Positions 52,623-64,000 of a stretch of 64,000 nt of DNA are shown in pieces. The number at the start of each line of letters is the position of its first letter. The first letter of the stretch is position 1. Position numbers and translations under genes: made by a program. This DNA comes from Epiperipatus broadwayi (Eukaryota; Animalia; Onychophora). The stretch is from contig JAQFVV010000006.1 of NCBI GenBank assembly GCA_028023455.1, forward strand, positions 17,422,001 through 17,486,000, given 5' to 3'. The notes beneath the pieces were generated by a model. It made no database searches. It was given only the letters and a program-made list of their open reading frames with translations, and was not told the origin of the DNA.

Positions 52623-53605
52623 CCTTTTAATATTTTTTGATCTTTGGATATTTTGCAATGGATTTTTTGTAATTCATATTCAAATTTAAAAACTGAGAAT
52701 GTAAACAATTTTACCATCATTTTTTTAATACTTGAAATGAAATTGATGGCAGCAGAAATCATTTAGAAGATTTGTTGTGTGCATAAAGATAGCCTTTTTA
52801 AACAAAGCAAGCTTTAGTTTTCTTTCTATTTGAAATAATTGTAAATGCTTTTTAATGAATTAATCATGAAATTCAATGAAAGCATTATTTTAAAAGTATA
52901 TTGCTATCTATTGTGCATCTCTGAAAACTTACTAAAACTGATATTATATAGAGAAACGTGGCACACCAACACCATTAGGCTGGACAGTTACTAAATATGT
53001 TATTCCCGAAATATGTTAAATATTGATTACAGCATTTGACTCAAATAAACAAGCAATCAAACAAAGTCTGAGTTACATAAAAGTGTTTAATAAAATAGAA
53101 AATAAAGATTATTCTGAAGAAATGATGATTGTCATGAGTTGATGGTGAGTTTTGTAATAACCTGTTTATTATTTCATGATTTTTATCATTTCCAGTGTGG
53201 TAGTCTCTGCCCTTTAGTATTCCTGGAGGTGCACAATAATATGATTCTTAAGGATATTCATTACCTTCATGATTTAACTGTAGCTTCAAACTAGTATGCT
53301 CTGCTTAAAAATTATGATCTCATTTTTAAAAATCTTTTTGCTAGCATTAAAATTTTAAAACTGAGATCTTAGTTCTTTTAATATCATTAATTAGGATTTA
53401 AATATATAATACCCGTATTCCGTAGATTGAATATTAATCATTTTTAATATTACTAGTAAAAGATAAAACAGCTATTAAAGAATCACTGAAAAGCAAAGAT
53501 GTTTCCAACAGTTGGTCATAAGGAAATTATTAAAGAGAGGGCATTTTGCATTCAGACTCAATTGACATTTTTTGGTTTGTATGTATTGTGATTATATTCT
53601 TTAAA

Positions 53606-53760
53606 GTCCTGGGGTCAGTTGGTAGTCCATCCAACTTGGGATCATGAGGTTTTGGGAGCAATTCTGGTGCTCGAATGTCTGGCGCTTGACCATCTTATGA
53701 ACTCCCGGGCAATAAAGCCACGTGTCTCCTTTAAAAATAGTAAGCTTATCCTTTTCCTGA
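53606..53760 (+). mobile_element. tRNA-headed SINE family S2
   Basis: gggtcagttggtag head; body atgaactcccgggcaataaagcca...ttcctga shared with 56726-56862 (minus). Confidence 0.55.
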
Positions 53761-53832
53761 TCAGTATTAGATGGGATGAATACCTCAAAGAAAAAAAAAT
53801 CATTAATCTGATTAGATCCTGAAACTTTTTTG

Positions 53833-54023
53833 TTTCACCATGCCAAAATTTGAACCTGTCAAGCATTGGTGATCGAGAGGTCAGCGACAGCTGCTTTACA
53901 AGCAGTTGTCCCGGGTTAGCGGGTTCGCTGCCCGGCTGATGCTATGACATATGAGAAGAAAAAAAATTTGAACCTAGATCATAGATATGATATCCGTGTT
54001 CGCTATCGTTGCCTCATGAGACC
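53833..54023 (-). mobile_element. Decayed tRNA-like SINE head interrupted by an S1 SINE
   Basis: With the insert removed, the minus strand reads ggtctcatgaggcaacgatagcg...aggttcaaattttgg (A/B-box-like). Confidence 0.45.
53858..53963 (+). mobile_element. SINE family S1, copy 2, with 13-bp TSD
   Basis: gtcaagcattggtg...gggttcgctgcccggctgatgctatgacat...(A)n; aaaatttgaacct at 53845-53857 and 53964-53976. Confidence 0.85.
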
Positions 54024-54791
54024 ATTTTTAACTCTAAGCTAAGCATGTTTTCATTATATTAAAACTGAGCCGTGAGCTATGTTATTTTAATTGTATTTTG
54101 TTTTATCAATATGTACTTATATCTATATGCAAGCAATTATTGCATTAAAGTTTTCGAAATATGTCAAATAATTTACTATTATTGATTTATTTTTTTTAAA
54201 ATATGTATAATGATTATTGTTACTTAATTTTTTTTTTTTTTTTTAAAGACCTCTAATCATTTCTTTATATATATTGTTTTTAATTTTGAAAGAACTGTAT
54301 TTTTTATTGAAGAAGGAAATAACATCATTTTTGATCGACATTGATAAGATAAAGAAATCGATTTTTAAAATTATTTACTTTATTGTTGTTAGAACCCCTT
54401 TAGGTTATGACTCTATTGATTATATTGACTGTTAACTAATTGCTAAGACAAGGGGCACTTAGAGATAAAACTACAATCAATTGTCCTCTATTTGTTTTGC
54501 ATTAGTCATAATTTAACCAATCATCATGCAGCTTTTAAATTAATAGTAGGTGCTTACCTTTTTGTAATGTTGTACTAGTAGTGACCCGAATTAATTGTAA
54601 AATGTTAACGTGTATGTAAGAGGCCATGTTCTGTGGCAGGAATTAATTATCACTTTGAACTTTAATAATGCATTAATGAGGATAAATTAAAATTGATAGA
54701 TGTTAGAAATAAGAAAAAAGGAATAAAGAATTTTTTCTTCTTAATATTACAATATTATTGACTTTTAAGAAGTTAATAATATTTAGAAAAT

Positions 54792-55235
54792 TCGCTACTA
54801 AAGAATATAATTCAGTTCACTATATTGAGCCAAAATAAATTTCATGAGAGCTATTGGATCGTAAATGTATACACACATATGTATATTTACCTGTGCGTAT
54901 GCACACACATACATATGTATCGAACAAAATTGGTTAATCCATCAGCACGCCAGCTTTTAAACAATTAATAGATAATTACCCTATACGCCTATGATTGGAA
55001 CTTTGGTTTCCTCGCTACTAAAGAATATAATTCAGTTCATTATATTGAGCCCAAGTAAATTTAATGAGAGCTATTTCATCCTAAATGAATATATACAAAA
55101 TTATATATACATTTATGTGCATTTACACTCGTATTCATATATATGTAACAAAATTGGTTAAACAAACTGCTCATCAGCTTTTATTTTAATTAATAGATAA
55201 TTACCCTTTTACACCTATGATTGAAACTTTGGTTC
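54792..55235. repeat. Diverged 220-bp tandem dimer
   Basis: tcgctactaaagaatataattcagttca starts at 54792 and 55012; both units end cctatgattg(g/a)aactttggtt. Confidence 0.9.
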
Positions 55236-55469
55236 AGTGATTAGTATCTTCTTGATTATATAAGTATATCGGTAAAACTTCATTAACATGAAAAGAAATT
55301 AACACTTTACATGAAAGAGAATTTATTCTTTTCAAATTGATTATGGAATCAATGTTAATTAATATGTTTAACATAATATTGTAAAAAATTTTGGCCCATT
55401 TTAAGGGATCCTTAAAACAAGGTTGCAAAAGCTGTCTGACCAATGGTAGAATTTGAAATCTTGACTTTA

Positions 55470-56320
55470 ATATCCATTGATATATCTGCAAAACTTTTTA
55501 TAGTGGTTTTGCAAAAAGGAAGCTAAGGGGAGTAACGGTAAAGAGATTAATTGTTTCATCTAGATTTTGCAGATGATGTAATTGTTTTTGCAAATAATGC
55601 TTTAAAAACTTCAGGAAAAGTTGTAAGAGTTATCAAATGGAAGTTAGAAAGTAGGACTAAAGGTAAATATTAATAAGGCTGAAGGAATATTCTCAAAAGA
55701 AGAAAATAAAGATTGATAATGATGAGTTGGAAGAAGTTAACAATTGCAAATACTTTGGTTATATTATTACTACAGCTGGAAACATAATGGATGGAATTAA
55801 TCGTAAAATTAAGCGAGTGCTCTTGATAGAAATAATTTACTATTAAAAGGAAATATACCTGTGTGTTTGAAAATGAAGATTTTTAAAACATTGTGGTTTA
55901 CCAGTTCTTACTTATGGATGTAAGACTTGGAAACTTAATAGAAGAGCAATATAGACTTCAGACCACTCAAAAATGTATTGAAAGATGCACATTAGGAGTG
56001 ACAAGAAGAGATTGAAAACTCAATACATGGGTGAGAGAAGAAACAGGTGTTACTGATATCATTGAAAGAATTAAGAGACAAGTGGATTTGGACTGGACAT
56101 ATTTCTAGAAGAGATGATAATAGATGGACAGTTGAAATCCTAAACTGGATTTCATGAGATTATAAAAGAGTTAGAAAGAGACCACATGTGAGAAGGATAG
56201 ACAAAATAAAAAAGTATGCTGGGATGATGTGGAGAAGAGGGGCTAGAGATCAGAAAAGATGGATTGGACTTGGAGAGATCTTCATTCTGCAATGGATTGC
56301 TAATTGAAAATGATCATGAA
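55470..56320 (+). mobile_element. RTE-clade LINE fragment (RT C-terminal half to 3' end)
   Basis: ISAKLF, LDFADDVIVF, KYFG and RRDDNRW motifs; family 3' end at about 56280-56320. Confidence 0.9.
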
Positions 56321-56725
56321 TATTTTTTGAAGCTATGGAAATGGACTTATGAAAAATTTTATTCAGCTTTAAATTTAAAAAGTTAAATATAAATTTTATT
56401 TTTTTTAATGTATTAAAGTTAGAATAATTTTTTTTAATGAACACACTCGTTAATTTGCTATTTCTTGTTCAATCAATTGTTTGAAGCCTGGATAATGAAA
56501 AATGATATAACAAGCTTTTGCATTATAACAATATAGCGAATTGTTGTGTGCGTACTGAAAATGGATTGTAATGTCTACATTTTTTCCTAACTTGGACCAT
56601 TATGTGCCAATAATTTAAAAAACTGTAAAAATGTTCTTTCTATAACTTTGCAAAAATAAATATTCCATAAATGTATTAAGCATTTGGAAAATCAATTAAA
56701 AAAGTGGTTTATAATCTTATGATTT

Positions 56726-56862
56726 GTCGCTCAGGAAATTATATATATATAAAGGCATATGGCTTTATTACTTTGGAGTTCATCAGGCCTGCAAGCACCC
56801 AAATCAATCCTGGAACCTTCTGATCTCAGGTCAGAAGCTCTACCAACTGTGCCACACCATGC
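56726..56862 (-). mobile_element. tRNA-headed SINE family S2
   Basis: tggcacagttggtagag A box, tctga-cctgaga-tcaga anticodon-like arm; body shared with 53606-53760. Confidence 0.6.
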
Positions 56863-57562
56863 AGGGGAGGAGATTGTATATTGTCCAAATAACCAAGTAG
56901 CAGATTGAGCATAATATTTGTGTTCACGTGGTCAAACCATTGTGCAGGCAAAGGTGCTGTATTTGCCTAAAATCAACCAGAATCCTTTATTTTTTTAGTT
57001 TTATTCTATTATAGTACTAAGTAGACATGATACTTATACGACTATCATTGTTTTACATTTGGTAAAAATTAGATAATTATCATTTTTATATAAAAAAAAG
57101 TTATCATCCTTGGATTTTTCTTCTAAAAATTATAAGAGGAATTATTAGGATATTAATGGACACAATTATTTTTATTTAAATATCTCAAAATCTATTGTCT
57201 TCCCTTTTCTCCCCCCAATTTGATGCATTCTTTTAATTTCAATAAACATGCAACTATATTCTTCCCAAATCTTATGACTTTCGATCTGTATCACCATATA
57301 TACCCCCCCCCATATTTCGACAATTTAAGGATATTATTAATAGCCTGTTTTATTTATAAAAATACTTTTTAATGTGTATATAAATAATACCTTCAGCATT
57401 GTCTTTCAATTTCATGAAAATTGCTTATACTAATTTTACTGGATTTATTAGGGGAGGGAAATCAGTTTGTATACACAGTATGTAGAAATACTTTTGTAAG
57501 AAAAATAAACCTTTGATAATGACTATAAAATATAGTTGAATAATAAGAAATAAATATATATA

Positions 57563-58473
57563 CACCTGGGTCTCGTTTTACGCGATAGATAGGTTCCTCA
57601 GAAAACACGCACAAACGAAATTGCGCAAAAATAGACGTAACTTACCTTGAAAAAGGGGGGATACGGACTGTGATTTTTCAAAAATCGCGTAAAAGCAAAG
57701 CACCAATGTAAAATTACTTTAAAATTCGCGCAAAAAAAAATAAGGAAATAAAACATGACTAATAAAAAATTTCAAATTTGAAAAAAATTGATACAAGACA
57801 AACTTTTTTTAACTATAATATTTAATTTTATTCAAAACAATATATTTTTATGCATAATTTACAGTAATTTACATTTTTTATACACGTTTTAATTATTATG
57901 GCTATTTGCTGATAAACAGGTTCGTTTGCAAACTGGTAAAAAGTCAGATTCTTCACAAGAGGAAATACAACTAGCGCCAACATCACTCTCATGTTGTGTT
58001 AATGGTTTTCTGGTGACAACGTAATTAGTAATTAATCTAACAACTAAAAATTAAATTCTTATTTTTGTTTTTATTTTTTTAATTTTAATTGTGCCCACTG
58101 CTATTACTCATCTTTTAAAAATAAACTTGCAGACACTAAATGATTAATAATTGATTACGTTCTTTTTTAAAAAGCAAAAACAGAATGTGATTTAAAATGC
58201 AAACTTAACATGCACAATGTTTGAACAAATTTACATTATAATCTTGTAAAATTTAATGTGTGTATACATAAAATGTGGAAATCATCCATTTTAATTTCAT
58301 TATTGTATAAAATCTTACTATTATAAAGCACTGAAAATATTGAAATTACTAAGATGAAAGTCGAATTCCAATAATGTGCTATTACTTTCAATATGACGTA
58401 AGTGCGTGAAATTTATTATTTAAAGTAATAGCGCATTATCGGAGTTCGATCCGCGTAAAAAGAGACCCAGGTG
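57563..58473. mobile_element. pogo/Tigger-like deletion derivative, copy 2
   Basis: TA|cacctgggtctcgttttacgcg ... cgcgtaaaaagagacccaggtg|TA; colinear with 19193-20468 but lacks the HTH segment. Confidence 0.88.
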
Positions 58474-61400
58474 TATATTGATATAGATTGTGAATGAATT
58501 TGGAAAGAAAACGATGTGATATAATAATACAAATACTGTATTAATCATCAATTCTGTGATTATACCTTTATTTTATTAAAACACTTTCTATGCATTGCTC
58601 ATTCATATAGAAAATAAAGATTTAAATATAGTCAAATTTGTTGGATATAAAAAAAATATTTTTTTAAGGGAAGAAAAACTTAAAGACGTACTTTTCTTTA
58701 CATATAATAATGCGCTTAAAAGTAAATAATGTATATATAAAATATTTAAAAAAAAAAGATCACTAAAGCACATACACACCTTTTAGTTTTTACTCAACAG
58801 TTTTCATTCTTCTATATGACAGGGCATCCATAATTTAATTCAATCACTAGTGGTTGAATTAATTAATCTATGAATACTCCATATTTGAATTTCAAGATAC
58901 ATATAACAACCAAAATTGTAGATGAAGAAATATACGTATTAATTTTTAGTACATTATTCATCAAATTAAATAAAAGCATTTTTTGTATAATTTTTATTTT
59001 TAATATTTTCATATTTTGCAATCAACTTTTTGTATTCAAATTTAAAAACTATCAGCACAATGTTGTTACCTTTCCATTGTTTGGAATGAAATTTGACACC
59101 TGTTTAACATTGTTTACAGGTTTTTTGTGTTTATAAAGGCATTCGTTCTAGTTCAATAGTCAAGAAAAATTAAGATTTCATTCTTTATTTCTTTTTCTTT
59201 CTATTTTAATTAACTGAAAACACTTTTTAGTCAATTAATCATGATATTCAATGGAAACATTTTTATAAAATGTACCCTTGTCTATTGCATGTCACTGAAA
59301 ATGTATTAAATTTATACAAATGCAGTTTGGAACTTGGGGTCTTCTAGCACTGTTACACTGGAAACATGACTGGTCAGTCCTGAAATATCACATAGTCATC
59401 AATAATTAACACAGGTACAAAATTTGAAGAAATTCCATTTGATAAAAGCATGTTAAAAATTAGTTATAATATTTTAACCAAATAAATAAATAAACAAACA
59501 GAATTTTTCAGTTACATAAAAGTGTTTAATATTTTTTTTTTTTCACTTTCACAAATAAATACCTTACATGTACTTTCCATCAATCTTTATGGCCTTCTTA
59601 TTGAGCAAAAAGTCCAATTTAATGTTTATAATTTAATATTTTTTGTCATTTTGTTACTATGTAAATGATAAAAATATATCAAATTTCTATTTATGTAAAG
59701 TATAATTAAGAATATTTCTTAAAATGGGCACTCCATTCTATTATTGGTGAAAGCTGTAGAAAATTTATTTTTACTTTTTAGTATATTTATGTGAGTAATA
59801 TTTACCGAGGCTGGGGGTTTGTAGCACTGAATTATCAAAATGAAGTGAATTAATTTAAATTCTAAAATGTTGAATGAAATTACATATATTTAAATGATTA
59901 CTATATAAAATAAAATCATTATTTTTTTGCTAAAATTGTTTGCAATCTAAAAAAAGTTTCAATTAGAAATGGATCATAGTAGATAAGATACTTTTTCAAA
60001 CACTTAACTGATTTCTGAATATATCAAATTTAAAATTTTAATTTCATGAATGTTTTATTTTTAGTTTTTCTTTCTCCATTTTTAAGCCATAGTTGGTTTT
60101 TGCTTTCTTTGTTTATTAAGTAATAAGGCTTTTATCAAAGTCATATTATTTTGATTGTACAACTTCACAAATGTCTCATCTTAATCTTATAATCATATAT
60201 AACTGACAAGAAATTATGGTACTTTTTTAACAAATTATTTTTAACCAGACTGCTACTAACAAGTTGCCAATATTCTTAGAATACTTTACAATCTAATATT
60301 ACAAAATTATCCCTGTTTATATGTTCTTTACTCAAATGCAGGTAATTAGACAATGGAATACTACAACCAAGTGATTATGATTCATCATTATCACTCATAA
60401 TTTCCTATTATTTTTATATATAATCTCTAATTAAAAAATTTGTTTACTTTGTAGCTCAATCTTTTCTGTGTGTGTTGTTTTTGAGAGTTCCATTTATTTT
60501 GAGGATTATATTTGAAACATCATTGAGATATGGAAGATTTCTGTAATGTTGTGGTTAGTACATCCACTTGTCAGGTTTTATAACCCCCGACTTGAGTCCA
60601 AGCTGTAAATTGTTTGTACTAGCTATAGAGCAATGGCCTCATGTTAATCTGCATTGGGAAGGTGAGAATGGGGGCAGCTATTCTAAAAGGACAAATATAT
60701 TCTTATTTGATTTATTGTTACTCTTGCTATGATAATTATAGTAAAGGTATTAACATTAGCAGCAGGTATGTTACTATTTCATTTTTTTTAAAAAAAGGTT
60801 CTCATTTACTATAATCTTTTGGGTTTAATTTTCGTAAAAAAAAATTTTTGCACCAATGTATTTTGTTATGCAAAATTCATTGAACTGCTTTAAGTTTTTG
60901 TGGATGTATTCTTAGGAAATACTTTGTAATCTTGTTGAATTGATTAATAATATCTGCCATATTACTTTTAACAATAAGCAAGAAAAATTAGAATTGGCTT
61001 TATAACATTCTCCAAGTTATTTATAATTGATTCTTGGAGGAAATAATTTTAGAGAATTGGAATGAAATAAAACTTTGTACAGTAACTTCAGTTTGAACCT
61101 ATCAGTAATAAAATATTACATATTGTAAGAAAAAACAAATATCAAGGGATGTAATAAAGCTGAGAAAATATAATTATTATTTTAACAAAAAAAAAATGTT
61201 AAAAAAATAAGATTTTATTAATGTTTAAAGAATTTTTTTTTTTTTTTATGTTCACAAATTTTAAATTTGAGAGTTAAATTTTAAACTTACATTTTTATAG
61301 AACATTATATTACATTCCTCTTCAAACTCTTAATAAAATGGTATATAAAATAACTTACCTGAGATAATTTTTTATTGGCGACTTTCACTTTCATTAGCAG

Positions 61401-64000
61401 TTTCATCAGTCTTAAATTCTTGGCAAACTTCTATTAGAAATGTTTTTTTTTTTTGATAAATAAGATTAATATTTAAAAATAATTATTGTAAATCAATATG
61501 CAAACAAAACTGTAATAAATTGTAATTTATCAAAAAAAAAAAATTATTTGTAAAGAATAGCAAAAAAAAATATCAATATATAATATAAAAAAGCAAATAG
61601 AAAAAGTGGCAGGATGCAATTCTAAAAACATTCTTCAAGATATAGATATATATCCCATTTAATATTAATTTTTCCCTTTGTTTGAATTTGTAATTCAAAT
61701 TTGCATATATTTATTCATTTGCATAATGAAGTAAGTGGTTTCTTTTTAATGACTTAAAATTGAGTTTTGGTGAAGCTCCCGTAGAAATCTTCACCAAAAG
61801 TGCACTCAGTTTTAGGTCATAAAGTAGAAAGAAATGATTTTGTTATGTAGAAAAATTAAACATGCAACTTTAAATATATCCCATTTCTACACAGAATTTA
61901 ATAGGGATGTGTTTTTTTTAATTTAGTGCAATATAAAATATTAATCAGAATTATTACACTATTAATGCTCTTTATTATCTATCCTACCTTTCACTTTGTG
62001 GAAAATGGAGCTTTATTTTGGAAAATTAGGAACAGTTGTTATAATGAAATAAATTTGATTTTTTTTTATTTTTATTATGAGCATTACTTATCAAAAAAAA
62101 AATAATATTTGTAGAAAAAAAATAACCATAGATTGCAAAAAAATGAAATAAAATTGTCTATTGTTTAGACTATAGTGTTATGAGATGCAACTCACACAAA
62201 TAGCCCATTATGCATTATATAATTTTTTGTCACAAAAAAGGGATGATTGTATACTTACAAGTGGTAGAAAGCTTTAGCCCTGGAGACTATAAAATTGCTG
62301 CTGATTCAAGCCCTCTGAGTCACATACATATGGTGGCATCGGATTTATGATCCACATTTGCAGGGAAATAAAATCTCATTAATTTTATTTTCATGATATC
62401 TAAAAAAGTAAGGGGAAATCATTTAAAAATCTAATTTTAGACAAAAATTCATTAAGAAATCCAAATTTTATTCTAGAGAAAATATACTTATGCCTTTAGA
62501 ATGATGATTGAATAATTTAAAAAATAATGTAACCCACCCATGTACGGACCTTACGAATGCCATGCTAGCTTGATTTAAAGTCTATGATTGGTCAAAATTT
62601 TTGAAAATGAGTTTTGTCATGCTCATGAGATTTAAATGAGTTAATTAAATTACTTCAATTATGTCATGTGTGAGGTAGTGCAATGCTATGGTGATGCACT
62701 TGAGCTAATTTCCTGGGTTGGACCTCAAATTCCAGGTAAACATCACCTGATATCAATGAGCAATTAATCATTTGTTAATTTTAAACTTTAATTATTTAAT
62801 TTTATTGTTAAATTCAGTTATTTAAGCATGCAGAAAGTAAATTAATATATTGATTATTTATTGTTATCTGAAATGAATTTGGTTGTGAAAAATTAAAAAA
62901 AAATTAATAAAATAATTTTACATATCATCTTAATAGATGTATATATGTGTGTGTGTTAAAGAGAAAAAATTGTCAGCAGTTCTAAAAAATTGGCTTTTAA
63001 TAAAATATTTAAAGACGCAAAAATCCAATAATAGATATGTATAAAGAAAGAAAAGAATATTAGCATAATTTTAATAACTAATAATGATTTTATATAAAAA
63101 GAAATAATATACTTTCTAAAATAAATTTCTTTTAAAGATTATATTTAGTTCATTATTGTTGTATTTTGAACTATATTAAAATTTAATATTAGCATTTAAT
63201 ATCTATGGTATTATTTTTAATACATGATCACTTCCAAAAAAAATTTGAAATAATTGAATTTATGATTAAAAACATTTTATTTGTATATATCACAAAAGAA
63301 ATGACTATTTACTTTTTTATAATAATTCCTAGAAGAGTGTATTTATTTAAAAATAAAAGTTTAATTAAGCCAAAAAGTGTTTTATGTAAGGGGAAAAAAG
63401 TAATAGAAATATTTTTTGAATTTAAGGAATATGACAATTAAACGTCTTTTTTTTTAAAAACAAAATTTACTATTGCAATTTTGTTTTGAAATGTAAAAGC
63501 ACTTTCATAAAGTAAATCATTTTGTTTAGCAAAACGAAATTATTTTTATTATTATTAATTTACTCATAACTAATTATGAAAAATTGGCAGTATTTTTTAA
63601 GATTTCTTTTTTTTATATATATATTTCTGCATATATATATATTATGCATTCTTTATTGGAAAAAAATATTTTTTCTTTTTTATTGCAAGTTTGATATTAA
63701 AAAATTGTTTTAAAATTAAATCACCAAACAGTAATTGGAACTTTCTTTCCTCTGAATATCTTTTGATTAATTTTTTATATCACCTTTTTGACTTGGATTT
63801 TTAAATGTTAAATGCAGATTTTGCCTTCTGTTGGTCACTGATTATTTCCTAACCTCATATTTTTATAGCAGTCTCAGATCATGCATTACTTTTATATAAT
63901 AATCTGGATATATTTTATTCACTTTTGATAACTTTGAATTTTACATTTAAACTGTGACTATAGCAGTTACTTTTATATTTAGAGTGTATTGATGTCATAC

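Noticed and set aside
56770-56790. CTGATGA in the S2 SINE body (possible SINE-borne HHR)
   Set aside because: Followed by AATAAA rather than GAAA, no stem II; the other copy reads CTTATGA.
61375-61412. Minus-strand CTGATGA...GAAAGTC
   Set aside because: No stem III or stem I.
429-63441. Most short ORFs in the six-frame track as genes
   Set aside because: They are low-complexity frames (I/L/F/K/N-rich) expected in AT-rich DNA, or lie inside TEs or foldbacks (e.g. 429-635, 6824-7078, 13578-13937 and 43629-43811 are antisense to HHR arms).
1-64000. CRISPR array or prokaryotic operons
   Set aside because: No regularly spaced repeat-spacer series; content is eukaryotic.

Overview
AT-rich (roughly 70% AT), CpG-depleted metazoan-type genomic DNA, probably from an invertebrate, and mostly intronic or intergenic. 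I recognised no intact named gene, rRNA, true tRNA gene or CRISPR array. The window is a mosaic of decayed mobile elements: at least 8 RTE-clade LINE fragments, 3 L1/Tx1-like LINE remnants with a C-terminal CCHC knuckle, one Penelope-like element (RT + GIY-YIG), a deleted mariner, two pogo/Tigger-type deletion derivatives, tRNA-derived SINEs and several foldback/MITE-like elements. The main result is hammerhead ribozyme (HHR) motifs in about five unrelated sequence contexts. (i) A foldback family (5 copies, 92-970 bp) has long inverted arms that each carry an outward-pointing type I HHR. (ii) A second, unrelated foldback has the same topology. (iii) A 410-bp unit with about 58-bp terminal redundancy carries one HHR (retrozyme-like). 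(iv) The Penelope 3' end has an HHR with a compensatory U3-A8 core pair. (v) There is one orphan candidate. All alignments and folds were done by eye; internal boundaries of decayed elements are approximate.
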